A stretch of 25,409 bases of DNA. Origin: Acidimicrobiia bacterium (GTDB lineage Bacteria; Actinomycetota; Acidimicrobiia; Spongiisociales; Spongiisociaceae). The stretch spans positions 1-25,409 of the forward strand of contig JBFGLM010000057.1 of the NCBI GenBank assembly GCA_041576165.1. The letters run 5' to 3'. The notes below the pieces were generated by a model. It searched no databases. It had not been told where the DNA came from and worked only from the letters and a program-made list of their open reading frames with translations. A program made the translations under genes and the position numbers. This document shows, in pieces, positions 8,468 through 16,899 of the stretch (positions within the stretch are counted from its first letter, which is position 1; the number at the start of each line of letters is the position of its first letter).

Positions 8468-9447
8468 TCCACCTCCTCCTCGTAGAACCAGCGGAAGTAG
8501 ATCGCGAGCAAGACCAAGAGAATGAGGGCGAGCACGATCGCCAGCGCAGCGGCGGCCCCGATGTCAGAGCGGCCGCGCAACCACTCGACGATCTTGACCG
8601 GCATGACCTGGGTTCCGGCGGCGCCGCCGGTCAAGAGAAATACGTCGTCGAACTTGTTGAAGGTGAAGATGAACCGCAGCAGGAACAGCACGGAGAACAC
8701 GCCCCGCAGCTGGGGCAGTGTCACGTACCAGAACCGTTGACTGATGGTGGCGCCGTCGACCAGAGCGGCCTCGTCCAAATCGGCCGGAATGGCTTGCAGC
8801 CGGGCGAGGATGAACAGGAAGGCGAAAGGAAAGTAGCGCCAGGCCTCGAAGAGGATCACCATGCCGAGCGCGAGGGGCAGGTTGAGTTCGGCTCCGAACA
8901 GCGTCAGGGTGAAGTCGCGGCTCCCGAGGAAATCGACCCGAGTGCCACCCGAAGCGTCGATCCACTCGTTGATGATGCCGAACGTCGGGTGGAGCATCAG
9001 GCTCCACACGAGAGCGATCGCCACCACCGGCACGACGTAAGGGAACAGCATCAGTCCGCGGACTAGCGAGCGGCCGATGAACGCCTTCTTGACAACCAGG
9101 GCTGCCCACAGCCCGAGAACCAGTGAGCCGAGCGTGCCGAACAGCGCGTACACGATCGTGGTGCGAACCGTCTCCCAGAAGTCGCGAACTCCGGTGACCT
9201 TGCGGAAGTTCTCGAGCGATGCCCCCGCGAAATCGAAGAAGTTGAAGCGCTGCAGTTCGATCAGCCGAATCGACTGAAAGCTGAGTGAGACGTTCCACAG
9301 GAGAGGGAAGATGACGAGGCTGAGAACTATCACGAAGGCCGGCAGGACGAGCGCCCACCCGAGTCGCGCCTCGCGTCTGGCCAGTGTCAGCTTCCCGCGG
9401 GTTCGCGCCCCCGCTGTCATGGCCGTTTGTCGAAACTCATCAGGCAC
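8464..9447 (-). CDS. Carbohydrate ABC transporter permease (MalF/YcjO-like)
   Basis: EAA loop LQAIPADLDEAALVDGA, FWYVTLPQL, LTGG. Start may instead be ATG 9420. Confidence 0.93.
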   Translation of the reverse strand: MPDEFRQTAMTAGARTRGKLTLARREARLGWALVLPAFVIVLSLVIFPLLWNVSLSFQSIRLIELQRFNFFDFAGASLENFRKVTGVRDFWETVRTTIVYALFGTLGSLVLGLWAALVVKKAFIGRSLVRGLMLFPYVVPVVAIALVWSLMLHPTFGIINEWIDASGGTRVDFLGSRDFTLTLFGAELNLPLALGMVILFEAWRYFPFAFLFILARLQAIPADLDEAALVDGATISQRFWYVTLPQLRGVFSVLFLLRFIFTFNKFDDVFLLTGGAAGTQVMPVKIVEWLRGRSDIGAAAALAIVLALILLVLLAIYFRWFYEEEVE

Positions 9448-9495
9448 ACACCCGCGGCGTCCAACTCATCGTGACGTCTCATCCGGACAGGACTG

Positions 9496-9521
9496 GGTGG
9501 GGGTGGTTGCCCACCCCCACC
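9496..9521 (-). terminator. Intercistronic stem-loop after the SBP gene (mRNA stabiliser or partial terminator)
   Basis: Perfect 11-bp stem GGTGGGGGTGG/CCACCCCCACC with a 4-nt loop that reads GCAA (GNRA) on the transcribed strand. No U tract. Confidence 0.65.
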
Positions 9522-9532
9522 GAGGAGCCTGC

Positions 9533-11005
9533 TCAACCACTGATCAAGCTGAGCTCCTCTTCCATCGCCGCGGCCGCCTCTGCCGCGGCCCCTTCCGGCG
9601 TGAGTGATCCATCGATCACGTCGCTGATCACCTCCGGCACCGGCAATGAGGTGTAAATAGCGGTCACCAGCTCGCCCTGGCCCTGGGGAAAGCCCCACCG
9701 GTCGAAGGAGGCGGCACCCTCGATCAGCTCAGCGATGACCTCCTCCGAGTAGAACTCGGACAGTGCCGCTTTGCGGTCGACGCCGGTTTCGAGGGCCTGC
9801 CATCCGTCGATGAATTCGGTCGGGTTGTCAGCCGTTCCGCGGCGCATCGGGAACTTGCCCTCCACCGAAGTTGAGAGCCAGTCGAGGTAGTTCTGGCCGG
9901 TGAACCAGAACTCCAGGAACTGCTGCGCGGCCGCGGTGTTGGAACCGGTCCCGATCCCCATGTAGCTGATCTGCCCGTACTGGGCGGGGTCGCCACTCGG
10001 GCCGGAGAATGCGGGCACGATGCCCGAGTTCTCGGCCAGGTACGCCGGGTTGTCGGCACATTCGTCACACGCCGGGAAGGCCGAGTCGCGCAAACCGGCC
10101 ATCTCGTCGAGGATGAACGGCGACCACACGATCATGGCGGCCTGTCCGGCGAAGTACGTCGCCCGGGTGCTGACGACGTCTTGGGAGCCTCCCGGGCTGT
10201 AGTCGGTCAGCAGCCGCGTAAAGAAGTCGATGGCCTCCACGCACTCTGGCGTGTTGAACGTGATCGCGGTGCCGTCAGTCATCTGGCAACCGTTCGCCAG
10301 CGCAAAGTGCTCAAAGGTCTGCTGGGTGAAGACCTCGCCGCCCACGTTGGCCGCCGTGATCCCGAAGAGGTTGTTGCCCGGGTCGTGCAGCGCGGCGGCG
10401 GCAGCTTCGATGTTCTCGAAGGTGTCGGGCCTCGCCAAACCGGCCGCGTCGAACAGGTCCTGGCGATAGACCAGCAGCTGGCCCCACCCGTCGGAGGGAA
10501 CCGCCGCGACGTTCCCCTCGACCGTGGCCAGGTCGATCGCACCTTGCGCGAACGTGTCTGCCCCGAGGGCGTCAACCACGGCCTGGGCGGCGTCGGTGTC
10601 GAGCAGTCCCTGGTTGGCCCAACCGACCGTGAAGTCGATCGGGTGGAAGACCACCTCCGGGAGGATCCCGGTGGCGGCGGCCGAAGTCATGATCTCGGTG
10701 AGGTTGTTCTCGTCGACCGGGACGAGGGTCACACCGATGCCCGTCTCGTCGGTGAACCGCTGGATGATTCCTTGGGTGATCGTCAGCCGTTCCGGCTGGG
10801 TTTCCGTGCTCCAGAACGTGATGTTTTCCCCGGGCACCTCGACCGTCTCGGTCACGATCGACGTGACGGTTGCGCCGGGTACCTCGACGGTTTCGGTGAC
10901 GACTGATACGACCGTCTCGGGCGCCGTGTCCGTCTCATCACTCGTCCCGCAGGCGGCTGCGATCAGGGCCATGATGGCCAGCAGCGTCGCTAGTGATCGA
11001 TGCAT
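9533..11005 (-). CDS. Sugar ABC transporter substrate-binding lipoprotein (YcjN-like)
   Basis: GAGGAGG RBS then ATG 11005; signal peptide with lipobox LIAAAC; family-1 SBP features (LVYRQDLFDAAGL; FTQQTFEHFALAN). Resemblance to E. coli YcjN is from memory. Confidence 0.92.
   Translation of the reverse strand: MHRSLATLLAIMALIAAACGTSDETDTAPETVVSVVTETVEVPGATVTSIVTETVEVPGENITFWSTETQPERLTITQGIIQRFTDETGIGVTLVPVDENNLTEIMTSAAATGILPEVVFHPIDFTVGWANQGLLDTDAAQAVVDALGADTFAQGAIDLATVEGNVAAVPSDGWGQLLVYRQDLFDAAGLARPDTFENIEAAAAALHDPGNNLFGITAANVGGEVFTQQTFEHFALANGCQMTDGTAITFNTPECVEAIDFFTRLLTDYSPGGSQDVVSTRATYFAGQAAMIVWSPFILDEMAGLRDSAFPACDECADNPAYLAENSGIVPAFSGPSGDPAQYGQISYMGIGTGSNTAAAQQFLEFWFTGQNYLDWLSTSVEGKFPMRRGTADNPTEFIDGWQALETGVDRKAALSEFYSEEVIAELIEGAASFDRWGFPQGQGELVTAIYTSLPVPEVISDVIDGSLTPEGAAAEAAAAMEEELSLISG
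10829..10918 (-). repeat. 45-bp in-frame tandem duplication in the SBP linker
   Basis: Encodes ETVVSVVTETVEVPG / ATVTSIVTETVEVPG with synonymous divergence. Confidence 0.8.
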
Positions 11006-11113
11006 GGTTTCGCTTCCTCCTCCTCGGAGCCTGCGGCCCACCGCCCCGGTGTCCACCATGTGAGTTGTGTCTGGGCGACCGCCCCGTGGATGCCGCTTCC
11101 GACGGCCGTCCAT

Positions 11114-11133
11114 TTGTTGTACCGTAACAACAA
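11114..11133. promoter_or_regulatory. Candidate GntR operator TTGTTGT-N6-ACAACAA
   Basis: Perfect 7-bp-arm palindrome in the AT-rich part of the divergent intergenic region; matches 4815-4834. Confidence 0.65.
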
Positions 11134-11168
11134 TTCAAACGGCCGACAAGGGAGTGTCCTCCCCGGCT

Positions 11169-12377
11169 ATGAGCGGTGTATTGCCACACGGTGATGATGA
11201 TTCGCGGACACACGCTGATGATGATTCGCGCCCCTTTGCGAGGACGTATCCGGCGTATTCCGCCCTCCGTGCGGAGGTGCAGCGGATCATGGATCAGGCC
11301 TGGCAGTCGTCCGGCTACACGAGTCCCAACCTGCGGGTGTACCCGTGGATGTGGTTGTGGGATTCTTGCTTCCATGCCCTCGTATGGGCCGGGCTCCAAG
11401 ACGAACGGGCCGTGACCGAGCTGGCGTCGGTTTTCACTTGGCAGGGAGACGATGGATTCGTTCCCCACATGGGTTATCAGGCGAATCCGGACGCGTCGGT
11501 CTCGATGTGGGGCCGGCCCGGTGCGTCCACCATCACGCAGCCGCCGATGTTCGGCCACGCCGCCCGGGTTCTGGCCGGCGCCGGTTATGAGATCGAGGAA
11601 CGATTGCTCGAACAGGTGCGCCGAGGCCTGGACTACTTCTGGCGATACCGGATGGGTGACGATGGTCTGGTCCGGATCGTGCATCCCTGGGAGTCGGGAG
11701 CGGACGATTCTCCCCGCTGGGATGCCTGGGCGCCGGTTCCTTTCGACAAAGCGGGCTTCGACGCCATCAAACAGAGCATGGTTGGGGCGCTCGAGGTGAC
11801 GGCAGCCGGCAGCTCGTCGGCCAGCTCGATGTTCCACGTTGCTTCGGCGATGTTCAATGGCCTGGTCGCCTTCAATGCTGGGGAGTTCGCCCGGCTGATG
11901 GACGACTCCTCCTGGCATACCCGGGCACTGGAATTGGCCGCGGCCATCGACCGGCATTGGGACGGCGTGACGTGGCGCGACGCCGGCGACCACAGCTCGG
12001 CCGCCGTGCCAACGTCGGAGGCTCTCCTCCCCTGCCTGGTGCTCCCGGCCCGGCTGGCGGCCGTCGAGGAGCAGCTATTCGATTCAGAAGGGCTGGGCTC
12101 CCGCTACGGACCGCGCAACGTCGATCGGCGCTACCCCGGATACGACGGCACCGGGTACTGGCGCGGCCCGACCTGGCCGCAGATCAACTACCTGCTCTGG
12201 GTGGCGCTGCAGGACCGGCCGCCGGCAGCGGACCGGCTCGCCTGGCAGACCGTGCTGGGAGCGTGGACGTCGGATTTCAGCGAATACTGGGATCCGGATA
12301 CGGCCACCGGGCATGGGGCCAGGCCCCAGTCCTGGACGTGCCTGGCGCTGCTGATGCACCCCGAGCACGGCCCATGA
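11169..12377 (+). CDS. GH63/MGH1-like glycoside hydrolase (glucosyl-/mannosylglycerate hydrolase-like)
   Basis: YPWMWLWDSCFHA, QPP, HPWESGADDSPRWD, YWRGPTWPQINY, FSEYWDP, QSWT. Start codon uncertain. Confidence 0.85.
   Translation: MSGVLPHGDDDSRTHADDDSRPFARTYPAYSALRAEVQRIMDQAWQSSGYTSPNLRVYPWMWLWDSCFHALVWAGLQDERAVTELASVFTWQGDDGFVPHMGYQANPDASVSMWGRPGASTITQPPMFGHAARVLAGAGYEIEERLLEQVRRGLDYFWRYRMGDDGLVRIVHPWESGADDSPRWDAWAPVPFDKAGFDAIKQSMVGALEVTAAGSSSASSMFHVASAMFNGLVAFNAGEFARLMDDSSWHTRALELAAAIDRHWDGVTWRDAGDHSSAAVPTSEALLPCLVLPARLAAVEEQLFDSEGLGSRYGPRNVDRRYPGYDGTGYWRGPTWPQINYLLWVALQDRPPAADRLAWQTVLGAWTSDFSEYWDPDTATGHGARPQSWTCLALLMHPEHGP
11185..11232 (+). repeat. 24-bp tandem direct repeat (21/24 identical)
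   Basis: CACACGGTGATGATGATTCGCGGA / CACACGCTGATGATGATTCGCGCC. Confidence 0.85.
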
Positions 12378-14047
12378 GCCGCACACGCATCCGCGCACTC
12401 CTCCGACACCTGTATCCGAACCATGTCGACGAGCTGTCGGCCGACATCCACCAGCGGACGCTGGCACGCCGGTCTGCCCGCCAAGCTCAGTCCCGGGATG
12501 CATACGATCCGCCGTGGAGCCAGGACGATGCCTGGCTCATCACATACCCCGACCAGTTCCAGGAGCCGGGCCGCCGACCACTCGAAGTGCTGGCCGAGCG
12601 CTTCCGGGACGACCTATCCGGGATGTTCAACGGCGTCCACGTGCTGCCGTTCTATCCGTGGTCCTCCGATGACGGTTACAGCATCATCGACTACGAATCA
12701 GTAGCGCCCGAATACGGCTCATGGGCCGACATCGAAACCCTGGCCCGCCAGGGCCGGCTCATGGTGGATGCGGTCATCAACCACATGTCGGCCTCGAGCG
12801 GCTGGTTCCATCGCTTTCTCGCAGGCGATCCCGAGTACGCGGGCTTCTTCCGCACCGTTGATCCATCGGCCGATCTGAGTCAGACCGTGCGACCTCGATC
12901 ATCGCCGCTCCATCATCGCTTTGTCGGGCCTGCCGGTCCTGTTGACGTCTGGACCACGTTCTCTTCGGACCAGGTCGACCTCGATTTCAGGTCGCCGCAG
13001 GTCTTTCTCAGAGTCCTCGACGTGTTGCTGAGTTATGCCGCCCGCGGCGCAGCGGCCATCCGCCTCGACGCTGTTTCCTATCTGTGGAAACGGGAGGGCT
13101 CGAGTTCGATCAATCTCCCGGAGACCCACATGACCATCCAGCTGCTGCGAGCATGCCTCGACCTCTCCTATCCGTCTGTGCTGCTCATCACCGAGACCAA
13201 TGTGCCTCACGATGAGAACGTTGCGTATCTGGGCCGCGGCGAGCGAGAAGCCCAGGCGGTGTACCAGTTCGCCTTGCCGCCCCTGGCGCTCCATGCGTTC
13301 GTGGCGGGAGATGCGACGGTGCTGCGCCGGTGGGCTGACGATCTCGCCGCGCCCGATCCGGGCTGTACCTACTTCAACTTTCTGGCATCGCACGACGGCA
13401 TCGGTCTGCGGCCGGCAGAGGGTCTCCTCACCGGGTCTGACGTCGACGCGCTGATCGCGGCCGTGGCCCAAGGCGGCGGGCGCGTTTCGATGCGATCCGG
13501 CCCCGGCGGTGATGAGCCGTACGAGCTGAACGCCACCTGGTTCGCCGCGGTGGGGCAGGGGCGCGCAGACGAACTTGCCCTGCGCCGCCACCTCGCCTCG
13601 CACGCGGTGATGCTGGCGATGAGGGGCCTGGCGGGGGTATACGTCCACAGCCTGTTCGCCTCACCGAACGATCTAGCGGCCGTCACCGCGACAAGCGCCA
13701 ACCGTTCGATCAACCGCACCAGATTCACCTACGATCCGTTTGCGGCGGCTCGCGCCGACGCTGGTTCTCCCGCCGCGGTGAGCCTGGCTGGGATGCGGCG
13801 CATGCTGGCCTGGCGGCGCTCGAGCGACGCCTTCCACCCGGATGCGCCCCAACGGATCCTGGACGCTCCGCCTTCACTCTTTGCCGTTGAGCGCCTCGGG
13901 ACGAGCGAGCGAGCCCGCGTATATGTCAACGTGACCGACGAGATCGTGGACCTCGACTCGGGTCCCAATTGGGTGACGTTCGACGGGGACGAAGCGCCGG
14001 CCGACCTCGGGCCGGCCGGCAACCTGTGGGTCAGGCACACTGGATAG
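12374..14047 (+). CDS. GH13_18 sugar phosphorylase, glucosylglycerate phosphorylase (YcjM)-like
   Basis: LITYPDQ, HVLPFYPWSSDDGY, WTTFSSDQVDL, IRLDAV (nucleophile), ITETNVP (acid/base), FLASHDGIGLRP, acceptor loop PYELN rather than the sucrose phosphorylase DLYQxN. ATGA overlap with the GH63 stop. Confidence 0.88.
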   Translation: MSRTRIRALLRHLYPNHVDELSADIHQRTLARRSARQAQSRDAYDPPWSQDDAWLITYPDQFQEPGRRPLEVLAERFRDDLSGMFNGVHVLPFYPWSSDDGYSIIDYESVAPEYGSWADIETLARQGRLMVDAVINHMSASSGWFHRFLAGDPEYAGFFRTVDPSADLSQTVRPRSSPLHHRFVGPAGPVDVWTTFSSDQVDLDFRSPQVFLRVLDVLLSYAARGAAAIRLDAVSYLWKREGSSSINLPETHMTIQLLRACLDLSYPSVLLITETNVPHDENVAYLGRGEREAQAVYQFALPPLALHAFVAGDATVLRRWADDLAAPDPGCTYFNFLASHDGIGLRPAEGLLTGSDVDALIAAVAQGGGRVSMRSGPGGDEPYELNATWFAAVGQGRADELALRRHLASHAVMLAMRGLAGVYVHSLFASPNDLAAVTATSANRSINRTRFTYDPFAAARADAGSPAAVSLAGMRRMLAWRRSSDAFHPDAPQRILDAPPSLFAVERLGTSERARVYVNVTDEIVDLDSGPNWVTFDGDEAPADLGPAGNLWVRHTG

Positions 14048-14146
14048 CGGCCAATCAGTCCTCGGCCGTGGTCGACCTGCGCCCCACGGCCGCAGTGAAC
14101 GCGCGGTCGTCAGAGACCCGAACGATCGCCTCGGGCGACGAGCCCT

Positions 14147-14362
14147 GACGGGCGGGCGGCGCGTTTGCTCGGCGCGGCCGGGCCGCTGCGAGAAGCGCGA
14201 GGCATGGGTATCTCGCTCTCGGTGCGGGTCAACCGCGACGATCTCGTCGCACGACTGCGTGATCAGATCAGGCCGCGGCTCGATCACGAGGCCGCGACCG
14301 GGGGAGAGGATTCGGAGGCCGTGGTCCGGGCCGAGCCGAACGCCGCCGGCGTGCCCCGATAG
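14147..14362 (+). pseudogene. Possible remnant of the C-terminal TPR-like region of a large ATPase/LuxR/SARP-type regulator
   Basis: In-frame DGRAARLLGAAGPLREARG...RDDLVARLRDQI, resembling the ERAARLLGAAEALRE segment. In-frame stop at 14096 upstream and no N-terminal part. Confidence 0.4.
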
Positions 14363-14441
14363 TCATCTTCGTAGCGATCGGCTCCGAGCGAAGCCGGCAT
14401 CGTCCATACTTGGACCGGCCGATGCGAACCGGAGGTGCGTG

Positions 14442-14774
14442 GTGGCGCTGCTCTACGACTGGGGTTTCTATGTTCGGGAAGGCCAGCGCGAGGCTTTCCT
14501 GGGGTGGTTGAAGGAGAACGAGGCGCGGCTCGCCTCACTTGCTCCTCGCAACTACGAGTACATCGGCACCTACCGCTCCCTCAGCCCAGAGCCATGCGAC
14601 TTTTATCAGGTATGGCGCTACGGCGCCGAACGGCCACCAGACCTGCGGGCGGCCGCCGCCAACGAGTCGGGTGCCTTCACCGAGGTCGCCCGTGAATACC
14701 TGTCGTTCGTCGATTCCGCTCGCGAACCCGACGAGGAGTTCCGTCTGTACCGGGCGGCGGTCGACCCGATCTGA
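14442..14774 (+). CDS. Small hypothetical protein, possible dimeric alpha+beta barrel
   Basis: GGAGG 6 nt before GTG 14442; pattern FYVREGQREAFLGWL...YIGTY. Confidence 0.7.
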   Translation: MALLYDWGFYVREGQREAFLGWLKENEARLASLAPRNYEYIGTYRSLSPEPCDFYQVWRYGAERPPDLRAAAANESGAFTEVAREYLSFVDSAREPDEEFRLYRAAVDPI

Positions 14775-14825
14775 TCGCCTGCGCGCCCGGCCGGACTTGC
14801 GCCGGTCCGTGCGAGACTCTTCGTC

Positions 14826-15803
14826 ATGGACGGTATCGATATCGACATCGATGGCGAGTCCATCACGATCACGAGCCCTGACAAGGTGATGTTTCCCCGC
14901 CGGGGCTGGACCAAACTCGAGCTCGTCGAGCATTACCTGACCTGCGTGGACGGCGCGCTGGCCGGGGTGTTCGGCCGCCCAACCATGCTGAAGCGGTTCC
15001 CGCGTGGGGTGGGCGAGAAGCCCTTTTTCCAGAAGCGAGCACCCGAATCAGCCGGCGAGCGGTACTTCGTTGAATTCCCCTCCGGCAGGACCGCCGGCTA
15101 TTTCGTTCCGAGGACGCCCTACGACATCGTCTGGATGGCCCAGCTGAACTGCGTCGACCTCAACCCGTGGCCAACCCGCGTCGAGCATGTCGAAAACTCC
15201 GATGAGCTGCGCATCGACCTTGACCCGACCCCCGAGGCGAAGTGGGCTGATGTCCAGCAGGTCGCGCTCGAAGTCAACGAGACGCTCCGCGACTTCGACC
15301 TGGTCGGTTACCCGAAGACGTCGGGCTCCAAGGGCATCCACATTTACGTCCGCATCGAGCCGCGGTATACGTTCCTCGAGGTTCGCAAGGCGGCGCTGGC
15401 CTTCGGCCGCGAGGTGGAGCGGCGCCGTCCCGACATCGTGACAACGCAATGGTGGAAGCAGGATCGCCATGGCGTCTTCATCGACTACAACCAGAACAGC
15501 CGCGATCGCACGATCGCCAGTGCCTATTCGGTACGACCCACCGGCTGGGTCTCGGCTCCGCTCACGTGGGACGAGGTGCCCGACGCTGAGCTGGCCGACT
15601 TTCCGATGGACACCTTCGCCGCGCGTTATGAACGGTTGGGAGACGTCATGGAACCGATCGACGACCGTTTCTTCAGCCTGAATGCCCTGCTCGAGCACGC
15701 CCGCCGGGATGTGGCCGGTGAGCTGAGCGGAGAGCCGTGGCCGGCCAACTTCGGAAAGCCACGAGGCCGGCGCAGCTGGTGGGCGGACGCGCCGGGCGGC
15801 TGA
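14826..15803 (+). CDS. Stand-alone LigD-polymerase-type primase-polymerase (Prim-PolC-like)
   Basis: ITSPDKVMFP, TKLELVEHY, FFQKR, catalytic ELRIDLDP, KTSGSKGIHIY, FIDYNQN..RTIASAYSVR, PWPANFGK C-terminal extension. Confidence 0.9.
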   Translation: MDGIDIDIDGESITITSPDKVMFPRRGWTKLELVEHYLTCVDGALAGVFGRPTMLKRFPRGVGEKPFFQKRAPESAGERYFVEFPSGRTAGYFVPRTPYDIVWMAQLNCVDLNPWPTRVEHVENSDELRIDLDPTPEAKWADVQQVALEVNETLRDFDLVGYPKTSGSKGIHIYVRIEPRYTFLEVRKAALAFGREVERRRPDIVTTQWWKQDRHGVFIDYNQNSRDRTIASAYSVRPTGWVSAPLTWDEVPDAELADFPMDTFAARYERLGDVMEPIDDRFFSLNALLEHARRDVAGELSGEPWPANFGKPRGRRSWWADAPGG

Positions 15804-15838
15804 GAGCCCCCATCGGGGGCTGAAGGTACGATCGCCGG

Positions 15839-16555
15839 GTGGACGAGTTGTGGACCTGCCCGTCGTGTGAACGTCAATTCGCCAACACCAATCAGTGGCA
15901 CTCGTGCATCGAGATGGCGGTGGAGGAACACCTCGCGCCCAAAACCGAGCTGGCGGTCGGTATTTACCGGGCGGTGGAGGCCGCGCTGCTGGTTTGCGGT
16001 GAGTTCCGCGTTCATCCCCAGAAGACCCAGATTGCATTCATCGCACGCATGACGTTTGGTGGCGTGAAGCTGGCCCGCCGGTGGGCCGACCTCTCATTCA
16101 TCCTGCCAGCACCGGTTGACGACCCCCGCATCCGCTCGATCGAGCTGTACGGTCCGACCAGCTTCGGTCACCGCCTGCGGTTGGAGGCGGCCGCCGAGGT
16201 CGACCGGGACGTCAGGCGATGGCTGTGCGAAGCACATCGGCGCGGCCTCCAAGACACGCTCGACCCGGCGGCGGAAGTAGACGCGGCGGTAGGCCATGTG
16301 CTCGAGCACATGATGGTGCCACTCAGAACCCGGGTTGTGGCGCATCCCGACGGGCTGGCGCTGGGTCTGCCGCAATACGCTGCCCAGGCATTCGGGGCGC
16401 ACCCATTCGTGCTGGCTCGCATCCGGGGTGCTCATTATCCGGGAGAAATCCAGAAGCAGGCCGACCGACCGGTGCTGTGGCTGGCCGAGGCCCTTGTGCA
16501 GCTCGGACTCGGGTTGGGGGATGAGGCCGATGCCTTTCTCACTGCCGACTTGTAA
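15839..16555 (+). CDS. DUF5655-like protein with an N-terminal CxxC..HxC motif and a DUF1905-like C-terminal domain
   Basis: WTCPSCERQFANTNQWHSC; HRLRL..AAEVDRDVRRWLCEAH; C-terminal LARIRG...GLGLGDEADAFL. TACGAT 6 nt before GTG (leaderless arrangement). Confidence 0.7.
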   Translation: MDELWTCPSCERQFANTNQWHSCIEMAVEEHLAPKTELAVGIYRAVEAALLVCGEFRVHPQKTQIAFIARMTFGGVKLARRWADLSFILPAPVDDPRIRSIELYGPTSFGHRLRLEAAAEVDRDVRRWLCEAHRRGLQDTLDPAAEVDAAVGHVLEHMMVPLRTRVVAHPDGLALGLPQYAAQAFGAHPFVLARIRGAHYPGEIQKQADRPVLWLAEALVQLGLGLGDEADAFLTADL

Positions 16556-16598
16556 TGAGGCATCTGCGCGGGTCACACACTTGAGGGGGACGCGTAGT

Positions 16599-16856
16599 GT
16601 GGAAGCTGTGACACGACGTCCTCGCAACCCGATGCCCGAGGACATACGGCGGATGCTCATCGAAGCCGAACTAGTCGACGCGTACTGCGAACGCCCGTAC
16701 TACCAGCGCAACGATTATCTGGGATGGATCGCGCAAGCGAAGCGCCCCGAAACCCGCCAGAAGCGCATAGATCAGATGCTCGACGAGCTGCGTCGCGGAG
16801 GCGTCTACATGAAGATGCACCACCCCCCGTCTGCCAAGAACGGCTCGAAGAGATGA
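16599..16856 (+). CDS. YdeI/OmpD-associated (OmdA) family protein
   Basis: MPEDIR, YQRNDYLGWIAQAKRPETRQKRIDQMLDEL. GAGGGGG before GTG 16599. Confidence 0.85.
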   Translation: MEAVTRRPRNPMPEDIRRMLIEAELVDAYCERPYYQRNDYLGWIAQAKRPETRQKRIDQMLDELRRGGVYMKMHHPPSAKNGSKR

Positions 16857-16899
16857 CAGAGCCCGACAACGTCAACCTGCTGGGCTGAGAAAGGGACAC

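Noticed and set aside
11957-12373. 139-aa N-terminal extension of the GH13 ORF (and similar extensions on the ORFs called from 1442, 6973, 11113, 16335, 19101, 20770, 22440)
   Set aside because: These extensions overlap upstream genes or regulatory DNA; downstream starts with an RBS or stop-start overlap fit better.
15805-15821. AGCCCCC-atc-GGGGGCT hairpin as a terminator
   Set aside because: Only a 7-bp stem directly after the stop, with no U tract and overlapping the next promoter region; function unsupported.
2889-16037. Long antisense or alternate-frame ORFs (e.g. 2889-3719, 4944-5756, 10938-11993, 12899-13648, 15048-16037)
   Set aside because: Shadow ORFs expected in high-GC DNA; they overlap well-supported genes and show no recognisable motifs.
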